Shown one piece after another: positions 7,376-15,387 of a stretch of DNA of 64,000 bases. Numbering within the stretch: the stretch's first letter is position 1; each line of letters opens with the position of its first letter. The DNA lies in the NCBI GenBank assembly GCA_040219255.1, contig JAVJSW010000060.1, forward strand, positions 32,001-96,000, given 5' to 3'. This DNA comes from Sumerlaeia bacterium. Lineage in GTDB: Bacteria; Sumerlaeota; Sumerlaeia; SLMS01; JAHLLQ01. A program made the position numbers and the translations under genes. The notes under the pieces were generated by a model. That model ran no database searches, was not told the origin of the DNA, and saw nothing but the letters and a program-made list of their open reading frames with translations.

Positions 7376-9328
7376 TTACCCGTTCGACAAAGCGGCGATG
7401 CCTTGTCGTTTGTAGCGGCAGAGAGCCTGCACGAGAGAGGCGCTTGTGGGCTGAGAAGCCACCACCTGCGCTTCCACGCCGAGCGTTCCCAATGCCTGGG
7501 CGACACCGTCGCTGATCGCGGCCAGCACGACGCCCGATAGCAAGTCACGTGCGTCTTCTTCCTCTAAGACACGGGCGAAGGCGTCGACGGCGGAGATGGA
7601 GAAGAAGGTGACGGCGTCGACCTCCTCGTCGCGCAGGGCGTGGGCGAGGCGCAGGGCCTGGGAAGCGTCGGGAACGCTCTCGTAGAGGGGAAGAATGAGG
7701 ACGCTGGCGCCACGGTTTTCGAGTTCCTCGGCGAGGTCGCCGTGCTCGCCGACACTTTCCACGATGGTGACGCGGGAGACGGACAGATCGGGGCCGAAGA
7801 TGTCGCGCATGGCTTTGGGGGTGAAGGGCGGGTGGATCGCATGGGCCACCACGTTGCGTTCGCGCAACGCGTCGAGGGTCGCTCCACCGGCGGCGAGGAT
7901 GCGGGCGCGGGAGGAAAGAACGCGCAGGTCGAGGCCGACGCTCCAGAGGGCGTCGAAGAAACTCTGTACCCCACGGGGACTGTTGAAGACCAAGTGTGTC
8001 GATTGGGCCAGGTCGTCCTGGAGGGCTTCGAGTTCGGAGGAGAGGCCCGCCACGGGGCTGTGGGTGGTCAGGGGGAAGGCGCGGGCTTCAGCGCCGCCTT
8101 CGCGCAATTGGAGCAGGGTTTCCTCGGCTCGGTGGCGCGAACGGGTCACGGCCACGCGCCATCCGAAGAGGGGTTGGCGCTCGAAAAAGTTGAGTTCTTC
8201 GCGCAGGTTGACGACTTCGCCGACGACGAGGAGGGCGGGGGCTTCGACGCCTTCGCCGCGGATGCGTTCGGGAAAGTCGGCGACGGTGGCGACACAGACG
8301 CGCTGGCGGCTGGTGGTGCCCCATTGGATGCAGGCGACGGGCTGGCCCTGGGGCCGGCCGCCGGAGAGCAGGCCATCGCGGATGTCGTCGAGAGTCGCCA
8401 TGGGCATGAGAATGACGAGTGTATCGGCGGCGGCGCAGACCGCTTCCCAGTCGACCTCCGAGGTGAAAAGGGCGCCTTGGGGGGCGTCGACGCGGGCGGC
8501 GCCGAAGGGGGCGCTGGTGCCGGTGTCTTCGTTGGTGGTTAGAATGGGGGTGGGGGGTCGCTCGGTGGCTTCCTCCACTTCCACGTTTTCGTTGGAGAGA
8601 AGGCGCATGATGGCGCTTTCGCCCGATTCGTGGTCACGGGCGTGGCGGCGGCGGATTTTGATACCGGGTTTGCGGCGCTTCATCATCTCGGCGGTCCGGG
8701 CGCCCGACGCCATGGCCTCCATGATGGCGGCGTGGGAGATCTTGGAGGTCGCCCGCGAGCCGTCTTCCTCGTGCATGCGGGGCGAGGAATCGGGCGCGCC
8801 CGGGCGTTGCGGCGTCAAAGCGCCGGAGGGGGGGAAGTCTTCGCCGTGTGGCGCCTGCTGGTGGCGAGGCAATTTGTGAACGGGTTCGACGCGGCCGTGG
8901 AGGACGAGGACGCTGCCGGCGAGGCCCCGCTGAAGGACGGGGATTCCGGCGTAGGCGGGGACGGCGAGGACGCTGCTGATTCCTGGGACGACCTCGACGG
9001 GGATGCCGGCTTCGCGGCAGGCGAGGGCTTCTTCGCCGCCCCGGCCGTAGAGGTAAGGATCGCCGCCTTTGAGGCGGACGGTGCGTTTGCCGCCGCGGGC
9101 GTGCTGGATCAGAGCCTCGTTGATTTCCGTCTGGCTCATGGAGGGTTTTCCGCCGCGCTTGCCAACGTAGATGCGCTCCGCGTCAGGGGGCGCGAGATCG
9201 AGCAAGTCCTGGCCGATCAAGGCGTCGTAGAGAACGACGTCGGCACCGACGAGGATGTCGCAGGCTCGGCGTGTGAGAAGACCCGGATCGCCGGGACCTC
9301 CTCCCACAAGAAAGACTTTTCCCGCCAT
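7376..9328 (-). CDS. cobA: Uroporphyrinogen-III C-methyltransferase/uroporphyrinogen-III synthase fusion (CobA-HemD) with an internal insertion
   Basis: GKVFLVGGGPGDPGLLT, RLKGGDPYLYGRGGEE, VPGISS, GEVVNLREELNFFERQPLFG, then a HemD-like domain. Confidence 0.9.
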   Translation of the reverse strand: MAGKVFLVGGGPGDPGLLTRRACDILVGADVVLYDALIGQDLLDLAPPDAERIYVGKRGGKPSMSQTEINEALIQHARGGKRTVRLKGGDPYLYGRGGEEALACREAGIPVEVVPGISSVLAVPAYAGIPVLQRGLAGSVLVLHGRVEPVHKLPRHQQAPHGEDFPPSGALTPQRPGAPDSSPRMHEEDGSRATSKISHAAIMEAMASGARTAEMMKRRKPGIKIRRRHARDHESGESAIMRLLSNENVEVEEATERPPTPILTTNEDTGTSAPFGAARVDAPQGALFTSEVDWEAVCAAADTLVILMPMATLDDIRDGLLSGGRPQGQPVACIQWGTTSRQRVCVATVADFPERIRGEGVEAPALLVVGEVVNLREELNFFERQPLFGWRVAVTRSRHRAEETLLQLREGGAEARAFPLTTHSPVAGLSSELEALQDDLAQSTHLVFNSPRGVQSFFDALWSVGLDLRVLSSRARILAAGGATLDALRERNVVAHAIHPPFTPKAMRDIFGPDLSVSRVTIVESVGEHGDLAEELENRGASVLILPLYESVPDASQALRLAHALRDEEVDAVTFFSISAVDAFARVLEEEDARDLLSGVVLAAISDGVAQALGTLGVEAQVVASQPTSASLVQALCRYKRQGIAALSNG

Positions 9329-9550
9329 GCTCCACAAACCTCGGCGTAGGGATCTCGCTCGTCCCGATGGATGACGAGGTTTGACATAGAAGAAGACGCG
9401 CATGTGCGCAAGAGGCATCCCGGGGCTTTGCGAGCCTTTCGGAAGCGGTGCGGCGCGCGCGGCGCATGGACCGCCGAAAAAGCTCGCGCGGGTCTGGCCT
9501 TTGCTGTAGGAAGACAGGCAGATGATTCTTCGAAAAGGACCCGACCCAAC

Positions 9551-9793
9551 ATGACCAGTGAGACCCCGCCCCAAGGCTATACCCTGATCCATGTGGCCGA
9601 GATGCCGGAGATGGCCCACCTGTTCCGCGATGTTCTGTCGTCCCAGGGCTTCGACGTGTACGAGACGGACAATGACAGCAACGGACTCTTCCGGACGGAA
9701 TGGGGATCGCGGATTTACGTGCGCGACGCCCAGGCCACCAAAGCCACCGCGGCTCTGGACGAGTACCGTAACGAGAATCAGCCGAGCGCCTGA
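9551..9793 (+). CDS. Small DUF2007-like putative signal-transducing protein
   Basis: 80 aa; EMAHLFRDVLSSQGF...RIYVRDAQATKA pattern. Confidence 0.65.
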   Translation: MTSETPPQGYTLIHVAEMPEMAHLFRDVLSSQGFDVYETDNDSNGLFRTEWGSRIYVRDAQATKATAALDEYRNENQPSA

Positions 9794-9800
9794 GACGAAG

Positions 9801-9826
9801 AAAACCCCGCTCTGGAGAGAGCGGGG
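9801..9826 (-). terminator. Intrinsic terminator downstream of rplY
   Basis: CCCCGCTCT-GGAG-AGAGCGGGG hairpin with an A-run on its left (U-tract on the minus strand). Confidence 0.7.
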
Positions 9827-9865
9827 CGAAAAGAGGCTTAAGCGATTTGGAGGAGGGCTTGGGGT

Positions 9866-10510
9866 TTAGGCTTCGCCCTCGGTGCCCAGGCCCGCCTGGC
9901 CCGTCTCGGGAGAGGCGGCTGTGGCGGTGTCTTTGTCCTTGGGAACGACAGAGATCACGGTGGCACTGGCTTCGTTGATGTAGGTAACGCCCTCGAAGCG
10001 AGGCAAGTCGCTGACGTGGATCGCCTGATTGAGCTGGATGTCGGTCATGTCGATTTCGATGTGACCGGGAATGTCGCGGGGGAAGCCGGAGACTTCGACT
10101 TCGTGGAGGACCTGCTCGATGAGGCCGCCGGCCTTGACGCCAGCGCACTTCTGGCGGTTCTCGATGTGGATCGGAACGGACAGGTAGATGGTCTCGCCGC
10201 GGGTGATGCGGAGCAAATCGACGTGAAGGATCTTGTTCTTCACGGGTTCGCGTTGAACGTCCTTGATGTAGGCCTCGGCGGATTCGCCGCCTTCGACTTT
10301 GACGTCGATGACGGAGGTGTCGCCATGGAGCGCCTGGAGGAGGACGACCATCTCATGCTCACTGAGGGTGAGGGAGACGGGCTCGGCGTGCCCGCCATAC
10401 ATGATGGCGGGGACTTCCCCGGCGGCGCGGAGTTTCTTTGCTTTTTCTTTGCCCGTATTCTGGCGAAGCGTGGCGTTGAGAGTGAAACTTTGGGTGGCGG
10501 TTGCGGCCAT
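9866..10510 (-). CDS. rplY: 50S ribosomal protein L25/Ctc
   Basis: LRAAGEVPAIMYG, IKDVQREPV..ILHVDL, GVKAGG, IHVSDL; GAGGA ribosome-binding site; directly downstream of prs. Confidence 0.95.
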   Translation of the reverse strand: MAATATQSFTLNATLRQNTGKEKAKKLRAAGEVPAIMYGGHAEPVSLTLSEHEMVVLLQALHGDTSVIDVKVEGGESAEAYIKDVQREPVKNKILHVDLLRITRGETIYLSVPIHIENRQKCAGVKAGGLIEQVLHEVEVSGFPRDIPGHIEIDMTDIQLNQAIHVSDLPRFEGVTYINEASATVISVVPKDKDTATAASPETGQAGLGTEGEA

Positions 10511-10604
10511 ATCCTCTTGTCCTTTCCCCTGCACGGAGCCGGTTCGGTTCCGTTTGACACATGCTGGATTCAGTCAGCGGCCGTGGGCCGTTCGCGGAAA
10601 TCGC

Positions 10605-11570
10605 TTAGCCGATTTCGTCGCGGAACAGGGCGCTGACAGAAGTGTGCCGATGGATGCGGTCGATCGCCGACGCGAGGAGCGGAGCGATGTTGAGCAGTCT
10701 CACCTTCCCGGACAGGGCGCTCTTGTCTTGAGCGATGGAGTTTGTGACAATCACTTCCTTGAACGGGGCTTCCGCCAGACGCTCAAGAGCGGGGCCGGAG
10801 AACACGCCGTGGGTCGCGATGGCGTACACGTCGCGGGCACCGGCGTCCCGCAAAGCCCGGGCTGCATTACAGATTGTGCCCGCCGTGTCAATCATATCGT
10901 CGAAGATTACCACGTCGTTGTTTTCCACGTACACCTTGCCGATGATCGCCATGACCTCGCTCTCGTTGGGGCGGGGCCTGCGTTTGTCGATAATCGCCAG
11001 CGGCGTTTTGATCATGTCGGCGAAGTTGCGGCTGCTCTTCACGTTGCCCACGTCGGGGCTGACGACGCAGGCGTTCTTGAGACCGAGTTCGCGGATGCAC
11101 TTGACCAGAATCGGGTCCGCTTCCAGGTGATCGAGGGGCAAATCGAAGAAGCCCTGAATCTGGGCCGAATGCAGGTTTAGCGCCAGCACGCGGTCGGCGC
11201 CGGCGGTGGCGATCATGTTGGCGACGAGCTTGGCGGAGAGGGCGACACGGCCCTGGCTCTTGCGATCCTGACGCGCGTAGCCGTAGTACGGGATGACCGC
11301 CGTGATGCGGTCGGCGCTCGCGCGGCGGGCGGCGTCGATGGTCAGCAGCAACTCCATCAGGTTTTCGTTCACCGGGTTCGAAGTGCTCTGGACGATGAAC
11401 ACGTCGCGGCCGCGCAGGTTGTTGCCGATCTTGACGAATGTTTCGGCATCGCTGAAGCGTTCCACCATCAGATCGCCCATGGGAACCGCCAGTTCGTGGC
11501 AGATATCCATCGTCAGCGACCGGGAGGCGGAACCCGGCAGGATTACGGGGGGATCGTTGTAGGTGCTCAT
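10605..11570 (-). CDS. prs: Ribose-phosphate pyrophosphokinase
   Basis: ENLMELL, IPYYGYARQDRK, LHSAQIQGFF, VSPDVG and DDMIDTAGT motifs. Confidence 0.97.
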   Translation of the reverse strand: MSTYNDPPVILPGSASRSLTMDICHELAVPMGDLMVERFSDAETFVKIGNNLRGRDVFIVQSTSNPVNENLMELLLTIDAARRASADRITAVIPYYGYARQDRKSQGRVALSAKLVANMIATAGADRVLALNLHSAQIQGFFDLPLDHLEADPILVKCIRELGLKNACVVSPDVGNVKSSRNFADMIKTPLAIIDKRRPRPNESEVMAIIGKVYVENNDVVIFDDMIDTAGTICNAARALRDAGARDVYAIATHGVFSGPALERLAEAPFKEVIVTNSIAQDKSALSGKVRLLNIAPLLASAIDRIHRHTSVSALFRDEIG

Positions 11571-11676
11571 AATAACCGCTGGCGCCCATCGCCTGAAGTC
11601 GAAGTCCGGGAGGGACGCCACCACGACCGCGCGCCGGTGCGCAATGGGGCTTTTTGAGTTTTTCGTTACTTGGATG

Positions 11677-11983
11677 AACCACAGAGATGACACAGAGGAG
11701 CGAGGTTGCACAGAGGTCGGGTGCAGTCAGGATCGGAGCATTCCAGAAAACGGACACACAGCTCAAAGAATCGCGAAGGCTGAGGGTGGATAGAATCAGT
11801 GGTTCGCGGGTAAGGAACGGGATTTGACTTGTTATCCAAAAACCAAAGAAAACTCCTGGTTTGTTCCTTGTAATCTGCGTGAGCTTTCTGATTTCCGAGT
11901 TTTTTCTCTGAAAAAGCAGCCCGTAGGCTCCGAAGGTTTTCTGATTTTCTGCGAAAACTCTATCCTCTGCGTCCTCTGTGGTT
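11677..11983. repeat. Intergenic islet A bounded by imperfect ~40-bp inverted repeats (ACCACAGAG family)
   Basis: Left AACCACAGAGATGACACAGAGGAGCGAGGTTGCACAGAGG; right end reverse-complements to AACCACAGAGGACGCAGAGGATAGAGTTTTCGCAGAA. Confidence 0.75.
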
Positions 11984-12941
11984 ATGCCGGGCGCCGGCCC
12001 AGGAAGTCGAACTGGTGTGCGATATAGACCAGTTCGCCGCGGTCGAGCTGGGCGTGGCGCTCGGCCATCCAGCGCGCGAGCCGGTCGGGCGGAAAGACGT
12101 CCGAGCGCTTTGCCAGTTCGCTTTCGAGATAATGCAGGATGCAGCGGATGAAGTAGGCTTCCTCCGCCGGATAGGCGCCACCGGCGCCGGCATAGACAAT
12201 CCAGTCGCTGCTCTCCGCCGCCAGGATTTCCGCCCCGGCGCGGCGGGCCTGGGCGAAGAAATGGCGCCCGGCGCGGCTGTCGCCTGACAGACGTCCCGCG
12301 ATCCGGCGCTGGTCCATGGATTCGTGATAGAGGCGGATCGCGAGGGTGTCGTCCTCGGGGTCGCTGGTGGCGGGCTCGAGGGCCGTCTCGCCATCGAAGG
12401 TGATGGGGAAGTAGAAAAACCAGCCGGGCTCGAGCAGCTCGAGCCACCGGGGCAGCACCGCGTCCACATCGAAGAGGTCGAGCACGGCTTGCCCCATCAG
12501 GCCATGCACTCGGGGCGCGTTCGCGGGCCGGGCGGCGATCCAGTCGAGGATATCGACCTGGTGGAACTCGACTTCGACGCGCTTCATCTCGTGGCGATTT
12601 TCGAAGAGAACGAGCGTTTCGTCAAAGGGGCAGACACTCCAGCCCTCGCCGCGAGCCCAGGCCATGAGGCCTTCGCGCCCGGCGGCCAGGGCTTCGCCAT
12701 CGATTTCCACCACCGTATAGTGGGCGTTGATTCCGGGCAGGGCCATCACGCGGCGCAGCAGCGCCCCCGTGCCGCCGCCGATTTCGAGCAGGCGCCGCAA
12801 GCGGCCTCCGCCCTGGGGCCCGAAGATTTCGCCAACGAACCGGCCCCAGACGGCACGGCTGAGCGCGCGGTTGTCCACCGTCCGTTTGGATTCGAGGTAG
12901 CGGGGAAAAGAGAATTCGAAGGACGCGGCGGCGGCGGACAT
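11982..12941 (-). CDS. Class I SAM-dependent methyltransferase
   Basis: YLESKRTVDNRAL N-terminus, LEIGGGTG SAM motif, QAVLDL and YFPITFDG. Confidence 0.8.
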   Translation of the reverse strand: MSAAAASFEFSFPRYLESKRTVDNRALSRAVWGRFVGEIFGPQGGGRLRRLLEIGGGTGALLRRVMALPGINAHYTVVEIDGEALAAGREGLMAWARGEGWSVCPFDETLVLFENRHEMKRVEVEFHQVDILDWIAARPANAPRVHGLMGQAVLDLFDVDAVLPRWLELLEPGWFFYFPITFDGETALEPATSDPEDDTLAIRLYHESMDQRRIAGRLSGDSRAGRHFFAQARRAGAEILAAESSDWIVYAGAGGAYPAEEAYFIRCILHYLESELAKRSDVFPPDRLARWMAERHAQLDRGELVYIAHQFDFLGRRPA

Positions 12942-13009
12942 GGGAAAGGGTTCCGAGGGAGAAATGGCGTACCCACCCTGAGCAAAATGGGCACCGGACG
13001 CCGCGGCGG

Positions 13010-13747
13010 CTAGACGACCGGTTTGGGGTGAACCAGCAGGAGGTTGGCGTCGTAAGTGACGATTCCCAGCAGAATCGCCGCGATAGCGTGTTCCGTGGCG
13101 ACCCAGTAGAAGTGGTCGTTTTCGGCGTAGGGGTTGGTATGGAGGGGATCGGCGACCAGGACGCGGCGGCGTTCGCTGTCCATGCCGCAGAGGACGACGA
13201 AATGGCCGGCGACTTCGCCGGCGACGTCGTCGAGAATCGCGACGCGGCCCTCGAAACGCTCGCGCGCCGAACGATACAGGAACGTCGCGTTCAGGCCCGT
13301 GAGCAGCGGCATGCCATCCTCGACGATGTGCTCGGCGAGGAGTTCGTGGGAGAGGTCGCGCATGCGCAAGCGGCCGCCCATGGTGAGAAACTTCAGGTAG
13401 CCGGCGGTGGCATCGAGAAGTCTCTCGTTATTGGACTTGGAATCGCGCTGCTGACGTAGTTTTTCGCCGATGTCGACCTGGGGGCGATGGTTTTCGCCGA
13501 ACCAGGTGGGGTCGAAAACGTGGACGTTGTGGGTATAGATGGTCGCGTCGTAGCCGCGTTCGAGCGCATGGCAGCCGAGAAAGACCGCCAGGGTGCCGCC
13601 CTCGGGGAATTGAGGGGCCTGCGCGATCACGTCCTTCAAACTGATTTCGTCGCCGTGATAGGCGTAAATGGCCTGGAGGCACGTCGGACCACAGGTCACG
13701 TCGTCTGGTTGGCGGTGGATTTTGAGGGGACGGGGAATAACGAGCAT
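13010..13747 (-). CDS. Peptidase C39-like cysteine protease family protein
   Basis: QPDDVTCGPTCL (Gln/Cys) and GHFVVL...VADP (His/Asp) catalytic motifs. Confidence 0.8.
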   Translation of the reverse strand: MLVIPRPLKIHRQPDDVTCGPTCLQAIYAYHGDEISLKDVIAQAPQFPEGGTLAVFLGCHALERGYDATIYTHNVHVFDPTWFGENHRPQVDIGEKLRQQRDSKSNNERLLDATAGYLKFLTMGGRLRMRDLSHELLAEHIVEDGMPLLTGLNATFLYRSARERFEGRVAILDDVAGEVAGHFVVLCGMDSERRRVLVADPLHTNPYAENDHFYWVATEHAIAAILLGIVTYDANLLLVHPKPVV

Positions 13748-13876
13748 CTCGGCGGTTTCTCCTTAGAAACCAACCAGAGAGGATGGCGCAGCCAGGCGCC
13801 GAAAATCAAGCACTTGTATGAGGGCTTGATAAAACCTTGGAGCGCAGAGGGGAAAAGTGGCCGGGAGGACAAAGTT

Positions 13877-14036
13877 GCCACGGATCGGCACGGATGGGGA
13901 TTCAGATAAACAGAACTAAATGAATATTCTCCCGCATCCGTGCCCCGTTCAGGATCGAGAGACCCAGGCGGCTCCAAGCCGCGCCGGAGCGATCCCCCTC
14001 AGTGAAGCCTCTCTCCTCTGTACCCTTCTGTGGTTA
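13877..14036. repeat. Intergenic repeat cluster B (GCCACGGAT arm pair plus an ACCACAGA arm)
   Basis: GCCACGGATCGGCACGGATG at 13877, ATCCGTGCC at 13936, and the reverse complement of TAACCACAGAAGGGTACAGAGGAGAGAGGCTTCACTGAG at 13998-14036. Confidence 0.6.
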
Positions 14037-14042
14037 TTGAGT

Positions 14043-14465
14043 TTACCCCACCAGCTCCGCGTCCGAGAACCAGAGCGCCAGTTCGCGCGCGGCGCTTTCC
14101 GGGCTGTCGCTGCCGTGGACGATGTTTTCGGTGACTTCGGTGCAGTAGTCGCCGCGGATGGTGCCGGGCAGGGCGTCGGCGGGCTTGGTGGCGCCCATCA
14201 TCTTGCGGGCCAGCGAAATCGCGTCCGGGCCCTTGACCGCCAGGGCCACCAGCGGGCTGCCGGTCATGAAGGCCTTCAGGTCGGCGAAGAACGGCTTGCC
14301 GACGTGCTCGGCGTAGTGCTTGTCGGCCAGTTCGCTGCTCATTTTCATCATCTTCAGGCCAGCGATGGTGAGGCCTTTGGCCTCGAAGCGGCCGATGACT
14401 TCGCCAATCAGGCCGCGCTTCACGCCGTCGGGCTTCACAAGAATCAGGGTGGTTTCAACTGCCAT
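14043..14465 (-). CDS. ndk: Nucleoside-diphosphate kinase
   Basis: TLILVKPDGV, HYAEHVGKPFF, PGTIRGD and NIVHGSDS motifs. Confidence 0.98.
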   Translation of the reverse strand: MAVETTLILVKPDGVKRGLIGEVIGRFEAKGLTIAGLKMMKMSSELADKHYAEHVGKPFFADLKAFMTGSPLVALAVKGPDAISLARKMMGATKPADALPGTIRGDYCTEVTENIVHGSDSPESAARELALWFSDAELVG

Positions 14466-14631
14466 GGGTCGGGGTCTCCCGGGTATTCGGTAAGGTGCTC
14501 AAATGCGGTGGGAGCTTGCCCGGGGCCGGGGGGCGCGGGTCAACCTTGTCTTTGGGGGCTGCGGGGGATGAGAGGCGCCTCGACAGGAGAAGGATGCGCG
14601 TGGACGAGCGCTTAGCACAAAACCATTTTAT

Positions 14632-15387
14632 CTAGTTGTAAATAAACAGTCCTGCTTGACATCTCGGATTTTGTGGGAAATCCTTCAGCCATGCTCCCCT
14701 TGCGGTAGAACCGCAGGGCTGACGTCCGCCTCTTCGGAGGCGGCGTCTTTTTTTTAGCGCCACTTTGCCGGCTTTGAAATCGAGACACCAGGAACCAGGA
14801 GCGACCTGGATAATATCGGGCATCTGCGACGCCTTCAGTGTGGATTTCCAGATATCTCTCTTAGAGTCAGCAACCTGCTCGAGGTCGAAAGATTTCCTCT
14901 TCGGTGGAAAAGCGACTCGAATCTCTTGTTCGATTTTTCGGCGCTTGATGAAACGAATTGGAGGAACCAAATCGCTATCGGCGGAGATCAAGAGTGTCAC
15001 ATCGCACTCTTCGTCGTATGCATCGGTCAGCATTTGCACTGCGATGTTAACATCCGTCATTTTCTCTTCCGCCCGAACAAAGGGGTAAGAACAGCGAAAG
15101 CACTTGCTCTTCTTGTGAAGAAAGTTGCCGTAAACCACAGTACAATCCCGCAAGGTCTCCACAGCCTCCAAGTAGGCGTTTTGCCTTCGCTCCTTTTGCG
15201 GATCAGCGGCAGAGGCGGAAACTCGCGATGTAAAATAATATGTGTGTGACAGAGCTTCGTCGGATTTGACGAAGGCGGACGCCAACTTCACAAAATCCAA
15301 CCAATAATACCTGCGAAATGAAGCACTCTTCATTCCGTAGTACAGGTTGAATCCATCGATGTATGCAATAACCCTTTTCTGTTCCAT
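14632..15387 (-). CDS. NYN/LabA-DUF88 (PIN-like) ribonuclease domain protein, C-terminus frameshifted by a 7-bp duplication
   Basis: AYIDGFNLYYG, YYFTS, EEKMTDVNIA and ISADSDL acidic motifs; AT-rich; ATG overlaps the nrdJ stop (TGATG). Confidence 0.88.
   Translation of the reverse strand: MEQKRVIAYIDGFNLYYGMKSASFRRYYWLDFVKLASAFVKSDEALSHTYYFTSRVSASAADPQKERRQNAYLEAVETLRDCTVVYGNFLHKKSKCFRCSYPFVRAEEKMTDVNIAVQMLTDAYDEECDVTLLISADSDLVPPIRFIKRRKIEQEIRVAFPPKRKSFDLEQVADSKRDIWKSTLKASQMPDIIQVAPGSWCLDFKAGKVALKKRRRLRRGGRQPCGSTARGAWLKDFPQNPRCQAGLFIYN
14656..14684 (+). promoter_or_regulatory. Putative sigma70 promoter for the small RNA
   Basis: Consensus TTGACA (14656-14661), 17-nt spacer, AATCCT, preceded by an AT-rich UP-like tract. 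Confidence 0.5.
14690..14755 (+). ncRNA. Predicted ~65-nt two-hairpin small RNA convergent with the NYN gene
   Basis: Hairpin CCCTTGCGG-TAGAA-CCGCAGGG, then GACGTCCGCCTC-TTCG-GAGGCGGCGTC plus T8; no plus-strand CDS explains the terminator. Confidence 0.5.
14721..14755 (+). terminator. Intrinsic terminator with a UUCG loop and T8 tract
   Basis: GC-rich stem, TTCG loop, 8 T residues at 14748-14755. Confidence 0.8.

Noticed and set aside
8456-8890. CobA insertion as an intein
   Set aside because: No N-terminal Cys/Ser block A, no TxxH and no HN|C/S/T terminus.
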